Virus genome (UHGV): UHGV-0175543
DNA from: a virus
Strand: one strand, 5' to 3'
DNA: 35,985 bases
Part shown: positions 9,156 to 16,755 of the stretch, one piece after another
Layout: every line of letters begins with the position of its first letter
Numbering within the stretch: position 1 is the first letter of the stretch
Made by a program: the position numbers and the translations under genes
The notes under the pieces: generated by a model
Seen by the model: only the letters and a program-made list of their open reading frames with translations
What the model was told of the DNA's origin: nothing
Database searches by the model: none

Positions 9156-10945
9156 TGGCAGAAAACTGGATCCTAGACGCACCCAAACCCGTCAGTAAAA
9201 ACCCGTCAGTAACACCCCTCAACCACCCTACTTTACTGACGAGTACTGACGAGTTACTGACGAGTACAGTGACAGACCCGTCAGTAATAAACCAGCAGGT
9301 CACTATCTATAAAACCCCCTCTACTGACGCTACTGACGAGTTTTCTAGAATAAATTGTAAATATAAAAATAGTGTAGTAAAAGCCCAGGTGAGTAATAAA
9401 GAAGATAAATATATAAGTAACAATTGCAAAAACCCGTCAGTCCCGTCAGTAGTCGATCCCAGCTATCCGGAAAATCCGGACGGTTCAATCGCCAGTTATC
9501 CGGAAAATCCGAACAACTCAAACCCGCAAACCGACTGGTTCAAACCCAACCCCTACCCCTACCAGATCATCGGAGCAATCCAAGCCACCCAAGGCAAAAC
9601 CCTCATCGCCGACGAACCCGGCTTAGGTAAAACGATCCAAGCCATCCTCTGGGCAGCAATCACCAAACCCGAGCGGCTACTTGTTATTTGCCCCCCGAAT
9701 CTAGCCACCAACTGGCACCAAGAAATAAGCCGTACAGGAATAACCCAAAACGCAATACACGGGGAACTATTGCAAATAAAACCCACCAAAAAAACATTCC
9801 TATTCCCTAAAACTGGAATAATAATATGCCCCGATACCCTATTAACTGCTAGGCCTGGTTTACAAAAACAAATAAAACAATGGAAACCGCTTGCTGCGAT
9901 AATCGACGAATCCCACCGCTATAAAAACCCCTACGCTAAAAGAACCAAAACTATTTTAAGGATCTGCCACCCCACCCCTGATGTTTTAGCGCTCACCGGT
10001 ACTCCGATAGTTTCCAGCCCGGTAGACCTCTTCGCCACCCTCAGCGTCCTTGGGAAACTAGGGCACTTCCCGGAAGACTTCGTAAACACCTACACGGTTA
10101 AGAACTATTGGGGGGACAGGAAACCCAACCCAGCGACGCTTCCAGACCTCTACGCCCGGTTAGACCGTCACGTGTGGACTCGGCGCACGAAAAATCAAGT
10201 CCTCAAAGACCTACCCCCCAAAACTCGCAATCATCAAACCATTGATCTCACCAAAGCTGAGTTAGACGCCGTGTTTGCGCCCCTAAAACAAAAAATGGCC
10301 GCCTGGGAAACGGGTCCCAAAGACCCAGAAGTTTTAGCGGAGCACGCCAAAAGATACGTATCCCAAGCACGGAAAGCCACTGGGCTAGCGAAAATCCCGG
10401 CAGCAACCGAATGGATCATCAACCACCACACCGGCACCAAGCGCCCTTTAATCGCTTGGATAATACACAAAAAAGTAGCTCGCCTCCTTAACGAGAATCT
10501 TGAGAAAGCGGGGTTAAAAACCGCTATCTACAACGGCAATACCCCCGCGAGTGCACGCCACCAGATAGTTGAGGACTTCCAGGCCGGGAAAATAGATGTA
10601 CTCATCGGGCAGATAACCGCCGCCGGAGTCGGTCTTACCCTAACCCGTGCACAAGACGCCCTATTCGTAGAAACCGAATGGACGCCCGCCCTCATCGTGC
10701 AGGCTGAAGACCGGATACACCGGATAACCCAAACCGCGCCAGTCACCATAACCACCCTGATAGCTACCGGGACGCTGGATCCGGTGATTCATAAGATTCT
10801 TTCCCAAAAAATCAAAACCCTAGATGCCCTCACCCCCGGCTCAGACCATCAGGTGACTAGCAGCCCTGCCACTGGTGCGTCTACTACACGATTCCTGGCA
10901 GGGCTATTGGCTAATCATTTACAGAAAGGAACACCCCTAACGTGA
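9155..10945 (+). CDS. SNF2-like DEAH helicase
   Basis: ADEPGLGKT, DESH, LTGTP, GVGLTL, QAEDRIHR; ATG 9155 overlaps the primase stop (TAATG). Confidence 0.9.
   Translation: MAENWILDAPKPVSKNPSVTPLNHPTLLTSTDELLTSTVTDPSVINQQVTIYKTPSTDATDEFSRINCKYKNSVVKAQVSNKEDKYISNNCKNPSVPSVVDPSYPENPDGSIASYPENPNNSNPQTDWFKPNPYPYQIIGAIQATQGKTLIADEPGLGKTIQAILWAAITKPERLLVICPPNLATNWHQEISRTGITQNAIHGELLQIKPTKKTFLFPKTGIIICPDTLLTARPGLQKQIKQWKPLAAIIDESHRYKNPYAKRTKTILRICHPTPDVLALTGTPIVSSPVDLFATLSVLGKLGHFPEDFVNTYTVKNYWGDRKPNPATLPDLYARLDRHVWTRRTKNQVLKDLPPKTRNHQTIDLTKAELDAVFAPLKQKMAAWETGPKDPEVLAEHAKRYVSQARKATGLAKIPAATEWIINHHTGTKRPLIAWIIHKKVARLLNENLEKAGLKTAIYNGNTPASARHQIVEDFQAGKIDVLIGQITAAGVGLTLTRAQDALFVETEWTPALIVQAEDRIHRITQTAPVTITTLIATGTLDPVIHKILSQKIKTLDALTPGSDHQVTSSPATGASTTRFLAGLLANHLQKGTPLT
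9188..9452. repeat. Iteron-like cluster around an AT-rich tract; candidate replication origin
   Basis: Ten CGTCAGT/ACTGACG copies in both orientations around an AT-rich stretch at ~9340-9430. Confidence 0.7.
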
Positions 10946-11334
10946 CTAAAAAAAGATCTTTGAAGTCTGCTCGCCAGGCTGGGGCACGCTTCGAAACCCT
11001 AGTGGCTACTTGGCTTAAAACCTGGGTAGACGAACGGGTAGAGCGGCGTCATCTGGCTGGGGTTAATGACCGTGGCGATATAACCGGCCTCTACCACGCA
11101 GGGCACCGGGTCGTGGTCGAGTGTAAAGACTACGGCGGAAGGGTGCAGCTATCCCAGTGGATGCGTGAAGCCGAGATAGAAGCCGCCAATGATGACGCCG
11201 ATATTTGTTTCATTGTCGCTAAACGCCGAGGCACTACCGCCCCGGGCGAGCAGTGGGTTATTACGACTTTGGATCAGATGACCACGATTTTGACCTGTGC
11301 AACCACACATAGAAAGGAAAACAAAAATGAGTGA
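10942..11334 (+). CDS. Holliday junction resolvase (PD-(D/E)xK, Hjc-like)
   Basis: GARFE...ERR...DRGDI...VVECK. Confidence 0.75.
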   Translation: MTKKRSLKSARQAGARFETLVATWLKTWVDERVERRHLAGVNDRGDITGLYHAGHRVVVECKDYGGRVQLSQWMREAEIEAANDDADICFIVAKRRGTTAPGEQWVITTLDQMTTILTCATTHRKENKNE

Positions 11335-11650
11335 CCAATCTGCCCGGATCATCACGGAAGCCGAAGCCCGGATAATCTCCCAGAAGCTTGAATATTGGGA
11401 TGACGGGGTGACAGATTTCGCGATACAAGCATCCGACGATTTACGGGGATTACAAGAAAAACTCAAAAACCCCACCCACGACAATCTGCACGGAATCCGC
11501 GCCGACATTAACGCGATATTCGAGGCTCAAAGCATAATCAGCGATTTGAGCACCAAATATACCGTATTTTTGCATGACCTGAAAAGACGTTTTAACAAAT
11601 CATTCACCATCTGGGATGCGCTGAGAGGAGAACCCGAAAATGACTACTAA
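11327..11650 (+). CDS. Hypothetical helical protein
   Basis: AAAGGA RBS before ATG 11327; coupled to its neighbours. Confidence 0.65.
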   Translation: MSDQSARIITEAEARIISQKLEYWDDGVTDFAIQASDDLRGLQEKLKNPTHDNLHGIRADINAIFEAQSIISDLSTKYTVFLHDLKRRFNKSFTIWDALRGEPENDY

Positions 11651-11942
11651 GAAGAAATTGCTAGATGACGCGCTTGATCGTCTTTGGACCATAGAAAGCT
11701 ATCAGAACGAAATAATTTCTTGTCGCGAAGAATCCGACATTGCCTTAGGAGGACTAAAAAACGTCCTCGAAGATTTTCCTCGGGATTTTCAGGAGGGCAT
11801 AGAAAAGTTGAACGCCCTACTAGATGCCGCTTATCGGTTGGAAGACTGGGCGATAGGTCACCACCAGGTCATCCAGGAGCTGGGTGAGATTATGACGAAA
11901 ATCGAGAAAACCCAAAACCGTAAGCCGGGAGACCGAAAATGA
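11640..11942 (+). CDS. Hypothetical helical protein
   Basis: AGGAG RBS; overlapping start and stop. Confidence 0.65.
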   Translation: MTTKKKLLDDALDRLWTIESYQNEIISCREESDIALGGLKNVLEDFPRDFQEGIEKLNALLDAAYRLEDWAIGHHQVIQELGEIMTKIEKTQNRKPGDRK

Positions 11943-12256
11943 TTACCGATAAACCGCCCCTAGAACGTATCTGGTCATGCCTACACGCCATTTTCTGCGA
12001 TAGCGTCTCAGCACAAGACAGCTGCTCCACCCTCACATACGACACAGTCGACGTTTTCGGATACCTAACGCCACTAAGTGTACTTAAAAACACTCAAGCC
12101 ACCCCCGCCCAACTTGAGGAAAAAATCGGGGAAATAGAAAACGCCGCCTATTCAGCCGCCGCCGATCTCTCAGACATACACCGCTACACGCGGCTGATAA
12201 GAGGCACACTAGACGAACTACGAAAAGAGGAAAGCAATGACTTGCCCCGAACATAA
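11939..12256 (+). CDS. Hypothetical helical protein, paralog of 12508-12849
   Basis: PLERIWSCL...SAQ and IRGTLDELRKEE resemble 12508-12849. Confidence 0.65.
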   Translation: MITDKPPLERIWSCLHAIFCDSVSAQDSCSTLTYDTVDVFGYLTPLSVLKNTQATPAQLEEKIGEIENAAYSAAADLSDIHRYTRLIRGTLDELRKEESNDLPRT

Positions 12257-12515
12257 TAAAGAAATAACCGCTACCGCCGGACAAATACGTAATAACATCT
12301 CTAACCAATGCCAGCTCGCGCTGCACCTATCCAAAATCGCTAGAGAAATAGAGACCCGGCTAGACCCTCCCGAAACAAATCATGCGGGGCTAAAGGCACT
12401 CGCTAGCGAAGCAGCGTCAGTGTCATACCTCACCAAATTATTCGCTGATCGGATCAGATACCTGTCATACCAGCTCAGGACACTACTAGACGGAGAGGTG
12501 GTAGACGATGAGTAG
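12237..12515 (+). CDS. Hypothetical helical protein
   Basis: GAGG RBS; overlapping gene. Confidence 0.65.
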   Translation: MTCPEHNKEITATAGQIRNNISNQCQLALHLSKIAREIETRLDPPETNHAGLKALASEAASVSYLTKLFADRIRYLSYQLRTLLDGEVVDDE

Positions 12516-12849
12516 CAAACAAGGCTCTCGCATGGATACCCCGCAAGACCGCATCTGGAGCGCCCTCACGTACGTCGCCGGAAGTATCCTTACCGCGCAA
12601 AGCCAGCTCGGCATCGCCTTGGAATGTGTGCATAAGGCTATGGAAACCTGCACCCCCTACGCCGGGAAAGAAGACACATACGGCTCAATCTTTACAGACC
12701 CAGCAGACACGGAGGATGCGCTCGCCTGGATGAATGACCAGGCGGCACAGGCACAAGTCGAAATAGCCCGCATCCCTAAAAGCGTCCTAGAGATTCGGCA
12801 GCTCTTAACGCAACTAGAAAAGGAGGAGGCGGGGAATGCTGAGAAATAA
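12508..12849 (+). CDS. Hypothetical helical protein, paralog of 11939-12256
   Basis: PQDRIWSAL...TAQ and IRQLLTQLEKEE. Confidence 0.65.
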   Translation: MSSKQGSRMDTPQDRIWSALTYVAGSILTAQSQLGIALECVHKAMETCTPYAGKEDTYGSIFTDPADTEDALAWMNDQAAQAQVEIARIPKSVLEIRQLLTQLEKEEAGNAEK

Positions 12850-13165
12850 AGACAAGAAGCTAATCAAACAGCTACACGGATACAGCACCGACCTAACCCT
12901 AAAATCCCTCACAATCTCCAGCGTCACAAACGACCTCACCAATGCCTGCACCGACCTACTCGCAAAAATCGACATCCCCAACGAAGAAATCATTACCCGC
13001 ATAGACAAAATAGAACGGCACCTCGATTACACCGCCCGGCTAGCGGCAAGCGTACAAGTCGAAGCCGCTAGAGACATCCAACAAATCCACAAGATCCGCT
13101 GGATACTCACCCACCTAAAAACCCGTAAAACCTACCGCGAAAAACAGGAGGCAGAAAATGAATGA
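12836..13165 (+). CDS. Hypothetical helical protein
   Basis: GGAGG RBS; overlapping gene. Confidence 0.65.
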   Translation: MLRNKDKKLIKQLHGYSTDLTLKSLTISSVTNDLTNACTDLLAKIDIPNEEIITRIDKIERHLDYTARLAASVQVEAARDIQQIHKIRWILTHLKTRKTYREKQEAENE

Positions 13166-13454
13166 GTTCCCCGATCCCCCGGTATGGGCGAAAATCCTTT
13201 TAATCCTAGCGGTAGCGGCGCTAATCATCATAGGACTAGTGACACTGACCGCCCCGTCTTGTGATCCGGTCACTAAACCCGCCCCGGTCAATTCCGACGC
13301 CTGGTGCCGCATATTACGTGATACCGGCTCGCGCTTGTCGTGCGACTGGGACAACCCCGATTTACCCGCTAGGGCGCTTGCCGAATACCGGACTAATCCC
13401 GGCATCAGCGCCGAGCAAGCAACAATCAACGCCACAAAGGAGAACACGAAATGA
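13158..13454 (+). CDS. Membrane-anchored protein with three Cys
   Basis: N-terminal TM helix ILLILAVAALIIIGLVTL. Confidence 0.65.
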   Translation: MNEFPDPPVWAKILLILAVAALIIIGLVTLTAPSCDPVTKPAPVNSDAWCRILRDTGSRLSCDWDNPDLPARALAEYRTNPGISAEQATINATKENTK

Positions 13455-13960
13455 ACATCGTCGAAGAACTAAAATACCTCGCACAAAACGGGAAAAACCT
13501 TACACAAACCGGTAATAAATTACGTACCCGCTACAACATCAGACTAGATGGCAAACCCACCACAGCCGACCTCGGACAACTAATCAGCGTTCTAGGCAAC
13601 CTCATCACCAAAATATCAATAAATGCCCTGACAGAACTCGGCGAATATCCCACCGAACAAAACCCCGGAGAAAACGAGAAAGACCTTATATTCCGATATA
13701 TGCAAGCCCAAGGGGTACTTGCCGCGCAATGGAAATACCAAATGGAAGAAATGATCCGCCGCTATACCTCAAAACAACTAAAGAGACTATGGGGGGAAGA
13801 ATCAGAATCCGCGAGTATTGCGCTTTGCAAAGAGGCGTGCAAGAGATCAAACGCCGCCAGTCACTTAGACAAGGCGCTAATCGCCGCTATTAAAGATGAT
13901 CCGCAGGCAGTAGCTAAACATCTCGGGTTTTTCCGACAGTCAGAAGCGGAGGTGCGCTAA
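13451..13960 (+). CDS. Hypothetical protein
   Basis: AAGGAG RBS; ATGA overlap. Confidence 0.65.
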   Translation: MNIVEELKYLAQNGKNLTQTGNKLRTRYNIRLDGKPTTADLGQLISVLGNLITKISINALTELGEYPTEQNPGENEKDLIFRYMQAQGVLAAQWKYQMEEMIRRYTSKQLKRLWGEESESASIALCKEACKRSNAASHLDKALIAAIKDDPQAVAKHLGFFRQSEAEVR

Positions 13961-14262
13961 TGGCAGCGCATAAAGATCGCCCACCCTCCCACACCGCCAA
14001 ACCGTGGGCTTTAGACGCTTCCTGTGCAACTCCCGGCGGGCGCGCTTTAATCGATCTTTTAGCAGATTACCCCTCAAACTGGAAAAACTGCCACGTGTGG
14101 GAACGTATACGCACGCTCTGCGACGCTTGCCCGGTTAAACCCCAATGCCGCACCCTAGGCGAGACACACGCCGCAAACTCCAGCAAATGGGACGCGCCCT
14201 CGCACTACATACCCTATGCAGGGCACCCGCTAAAGCACTACCGAGATAACCTAGCCGCCTAA
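13960..14262 (+). CDS. Divergent WhiB-like Fe-S regulator
   Basis: W...ASC...LCDACPVKPQC Cys pattern; the canonical GVWGG turn is absent. Confidence 0.7.
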   Translation: MAAHKDRPPSHTAKPWALDASCATPGGRALIDLLADYPSNWKNCHVWERIRTLCDACPVKPQCRTLGETHAANSSKWDAPSHYIPYAGHPLKHYRDNLAA

Positions 14263-14276
14263 CAAAAGGATCGCTA

Positions 14277-15020
14277 ATGCCCCAGCAGCCAAAACCAGGC
14301 ACTCCCAAACACGGACACCACTGCCTAAACGTCCTCCACAACTGGGATGGTCGCTATCCCGGCATAATCGACCTAGCCACCATGAAAACAGGTACAACTA
14401 GTACCAGGCGTGCCAGCGGACGAGACCCATATAGCCTGCCTTTCCACGCGGATCGCTGGCTTGATGAACCCCACTTAGGGGCAGACGGGGCTAAAACCTG
14501 GCCAGCAATACGCGGCGTGCTAGATGCCTGGGCGCAAACCCTAACCGACACCCTCCAGCTGGGGCCTGCTGATACGTGGGGCACCCTTCACGAAGCCATC
14601 GACACCATGAGCGAAACCGAGGATGAAGACCTACCCCTCTTGCTCGAAGATATAGACACCCTCAAACGGAGGGTACAAAAAATAACCTCACCGGTCGAAA
14701 TCTATGGCACCTGCCCCACCTGCGGGACACCCACCCGCAAACGCTACAGCACTAAAGGCTGGGACGGGTTCTTCTACTGCCCCGAGTGCCCCAAAGCCTG
14801 GCGCACCCTAGAATTCGCGCTCGCGGCCCGGGAAACCATAGCCCGCTCCGGTCAATGGATCACCGCCGCCAAAGCCGTCCAAATCTTCCCCGGGCTCACC
14901 GCCGAGCGCTTACGCCAATGGGCACACCGCGACCAAATCACCACCCGCAAAGACAAAGCAGGACACAACCTATATAAAGCCAACCAGATCCGCAAAAAGC
15001 TGATATACTGTCACGCATAG
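14277..15020 (+). CDS. Zn-ribbon plus C-terminal HTH protein (putative late-gene regulator)
   Basis: CPTC...CPEC and LTAERLRQWAHR; last early gene. Confidence 0.6.
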   Translation: MPQQPKPGTPKHGHHCLNVLHNWDGRYPGIIDLATMKTGTTSTRRASGRDPYSLPFHADRWLDEPHLGADGAKTWPAIRGVLDAWAQTLTDTLQLGPADTWGTLHEAIDTMSETEDEDLPLLLEDIDTLKRRVQKITSPVEIYGTCPTCGTPTRKRYSTKGWDGFFYCPECPKAWRTLEFALAARETIARSGQWITAAKAVQIFPGLTAERLRQWAHRDQITTRKDKAGHNLYKANQIRKKLIYCHA

Positions 15021-15049
15021 GGCGTATTTCGCGCACCCAAAAACGCTAT

Positions 15050-15256
15050 TTATTGGCCGTGATTGCCTTTCCCGGGTCGTCCCTCATTCCATTTAATGAT
15101 TGCTTCCCTACGCCACCCAGCAACCGCCCGGTCGTCAAGACCGATCACTACGTCAGGCTCGGGCAGCATCCCTTTAGCTTTATAAGATGCAGCCGTGCCA
15201 CGAGTGACACCGATTAGACGCGCCACATCACGCAACGCCAAGAAAGTCTCACTCAT
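15050..15256 (-). CDS. Small MerR/AlpA-like HTH DNA-binding protein
   Basis: LRDVARLIGV...LPEPD..IG...GW. Confidence 0.75.
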   Translation of the reverse strand: MSETFLALRDVARLIGVTRGTAASYKAKGMLPEPDVVIGLDDRAVAGWRREAIIKWNEGRPGKGNHGQ

Positions 15257-15437
15257 CGCTTTTACCTCCAGTGTTCAGGTCGTATAGGCATATTCCCATG
15301 GCGATGACCCAGATAGCCCACATGGTGACTGTTTTCCAGGTGGCTGCCTGCAGGTCGGTAATGGCTAGGTTAGCGCCCCCGATAGCGATAAGGCACCCCA
15401 AGGTTCCTAGGTTCCCTTTAAATTTTTTGCGGTTCAT
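15249..15437 (-). CDS. Small two-TM membrane protein
   Basis: Two hydrophobic segments; its 3' end carries the GGAGG RBS of the next gene. Confidence 0.65.
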   Translation of the reverse strand: MNRKKFKGNLGTLGCLIAIGGANLAITDLQAATWKTVTMWAIWVIAMGICLYDLNTGGKSDE

Positions 15438-15474
15438 GGCTCTTTAGCGGTGTTGGCTGGTAGAATCTGACCTA

Positions 15475-15513
15475 GGCGGGGTCGAAGTAGGTATCTGCTA
15501 TTTCGACCCCGCC
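15475..15513. terminator. 16-bp GC-rich hairpin inside the moron
   Basis: GGCGGGGTCGAAGTAG-N7-CTATTTCGACCCCGCC. Confidence 0.7.
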
Positions 15514-15526
15514 AGACCTTCCCGGC

Positions 15527-15616
15527 TTACTTTTCGTCTTTATGGAAGTGATCCCATAAGGCAAGTAGCAGACCGGCTAGGGCTAACAGGTTTCCTAGGT
15601 CAGTTCTATCTAACAC
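15527..15616 (-). CDS. 29-aa hydrophobic peptide, candidate type I toxin (not in the ORF track)
   Basis: GAAAGGAGG RBS, GTG start, MLDRTDLGNLLALAGLLLALWDHFHKDEK. Confidence 0.7.
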   Translation of the reverse strand: MLDRTDLGNLLALAGLLLALWDHFHKDEK

Positions 15617-15668
15617 CGCCCCCTCCTTTCTTCTTTTTAGCCTCCCCCTTACCGGGGCTTACCCTATC

Positions 15669-15698
15669 ATTATACTATATGGAGATAGTATAAAGCAA
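15669..15698 (-). promoter_or_regulatory. Sigma-A-type promoter with a palindromic operator
   Basis: TTGCTT-N18-TATAAT on the minus strand; TATACTAT-N6-ATAGTATA at 15671-15692. Confidence 0.7.
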
Positions 15699-15703
15699 GT
15701 ATT

Positions 15704-16030
15704 ATGAGCAGAACCGGCACATCCAAACACAGGCAATGGCGCACCCGTTTAATCCACCGCGCAAGACATGCAGGGCAAACCCGTTGCCCCATCTGCGGCA
15801 CACCCCTAGCGTGGGGAACCAGCAAGCAACCCGACAGTCCCGAAGCAGACCACATCACGCCAGTGATCCAAGGTGGGAAAACCACTATGCAAAACGGACG
15901 CATCATCTGCCGCTACTGCAACCAATCACTAGGATCTAAAGCCAAGAATCAGGTTCACAAGCGCGTCGGTCAAGCCTCTAAGCCTTCCCCGTCACCTGCT
16001 GGCGCTATGAGCAGCGCTTCTAAATGGTGA
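15704..16030 (+). CDS. HNH endonuclease (packaging-associated)
   Basis: CPIC...EADHI.P...GG...N...CRYCN; upstream of the terminase. Confidence 0.9.
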   Translation: MSRTGTSKHRQWRTRLIHRARHAGQTRCPICGTPLAWGTSKQPDSPEADHITPVIQGGKTTMQNGRIICRYCNQSLGSKAKNQVHKRVGQASKPSPSPAGAMSSASKW

Positions 16031-16250
16031 AACCCCGCTGACCTGCATAAACGCAATAAATAGAGTAAAACTTGAACATTTCTAAACAGCCAAACCGCTC
16101 TGACCAGCATAAATGTAACAGATGGGCGGAAACTAGGTATTTCCAAATACCAGAACCGCTCTGACCTGCATAAATGCAAAAAATAGGGCGATTTTGGGGT
16201 GTTTACCTGCGTAAATGCAGGGTGAAATGCCCCCCACCTGCGCTTTTGTC
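16031..16250. repeat. Degenerate ~61-bp repeats in the candidate cos/pac region
   Basis: CTGACC(T/A)GCATAAA at 16038, 16100 and 16161; weaker copies at ~16202 and ~16234. Confidence 0.7.
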
Positions 16251-16350
16251 CCACCGGCAGCTTAGGGAAATATCCCCCCGATAAAAAACAGGACAATTTG
16301 AAAACACAAATCGACACGCGGGTAACTCCTGCTTTTCGAGTCGGAAAATA

Positions 16351-16755
16351 GTGGTTATGAGAAATAGTAACATGGACCTGCTCCTGCGCCGCCAAAGAGC
16401 GCTAGAGCTTCGCAAGCAGGGGCTGACTTACCGCAAGGTTGGGGAAGCGTTGGGGATTTCCCCGCAGCTTGCTCACCATGATGTAAACGCGGCTTTGGAA
16501 GAAGATAATCTAAATCTTCCTGAAAAGCTGGTCGATATTGAGCTGGAGCGGCTCGATAATCTTTACCAGGTGGCTTATAGGCAGGCGCTTGATGGTGATT
16601 TGAAGGCTATGGAAGTAGCGTTGAAGATTAGTGATCGGCGCGCGTTTTTCACTGACAAGAAACAGGCTAGTCAGCCTGCCCCTGTGAAGCGTAAAGAGAC
16701 TCCGATTGATGAGCTTAAGGCTAGGCGGGAGGCTAGGCGGAAAGGGGCAGCGTGA
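16351..16755 (+). CDS. terS: Terminase small subunit (start uncertain)
   Basis: N-terminal HTH, C-terminal IDELKARR; overlaps terL. Confidence 0.7.
   Translation: MVMRNSNMDLLLRRQRALELRKQGLTYRKVGEALGISPQLAHHDVNAALEEDNLNLPEKLVDIELERLDNLYQVAYRQALDGDLKAMEVALKISDRRAFFTDKKQASQPAPVKRKETPIDELKARREARRKGAA

Noticed and set aside
16031..16250. Mini-CRISPR array (periodic repeats plus a Cas4-like gene elsewhere)
   Set aside because: The repeats are degenerate, the intervening sequences resemble each other, and no cas operon is present. The Cas4-like gene sits in the recombination module.
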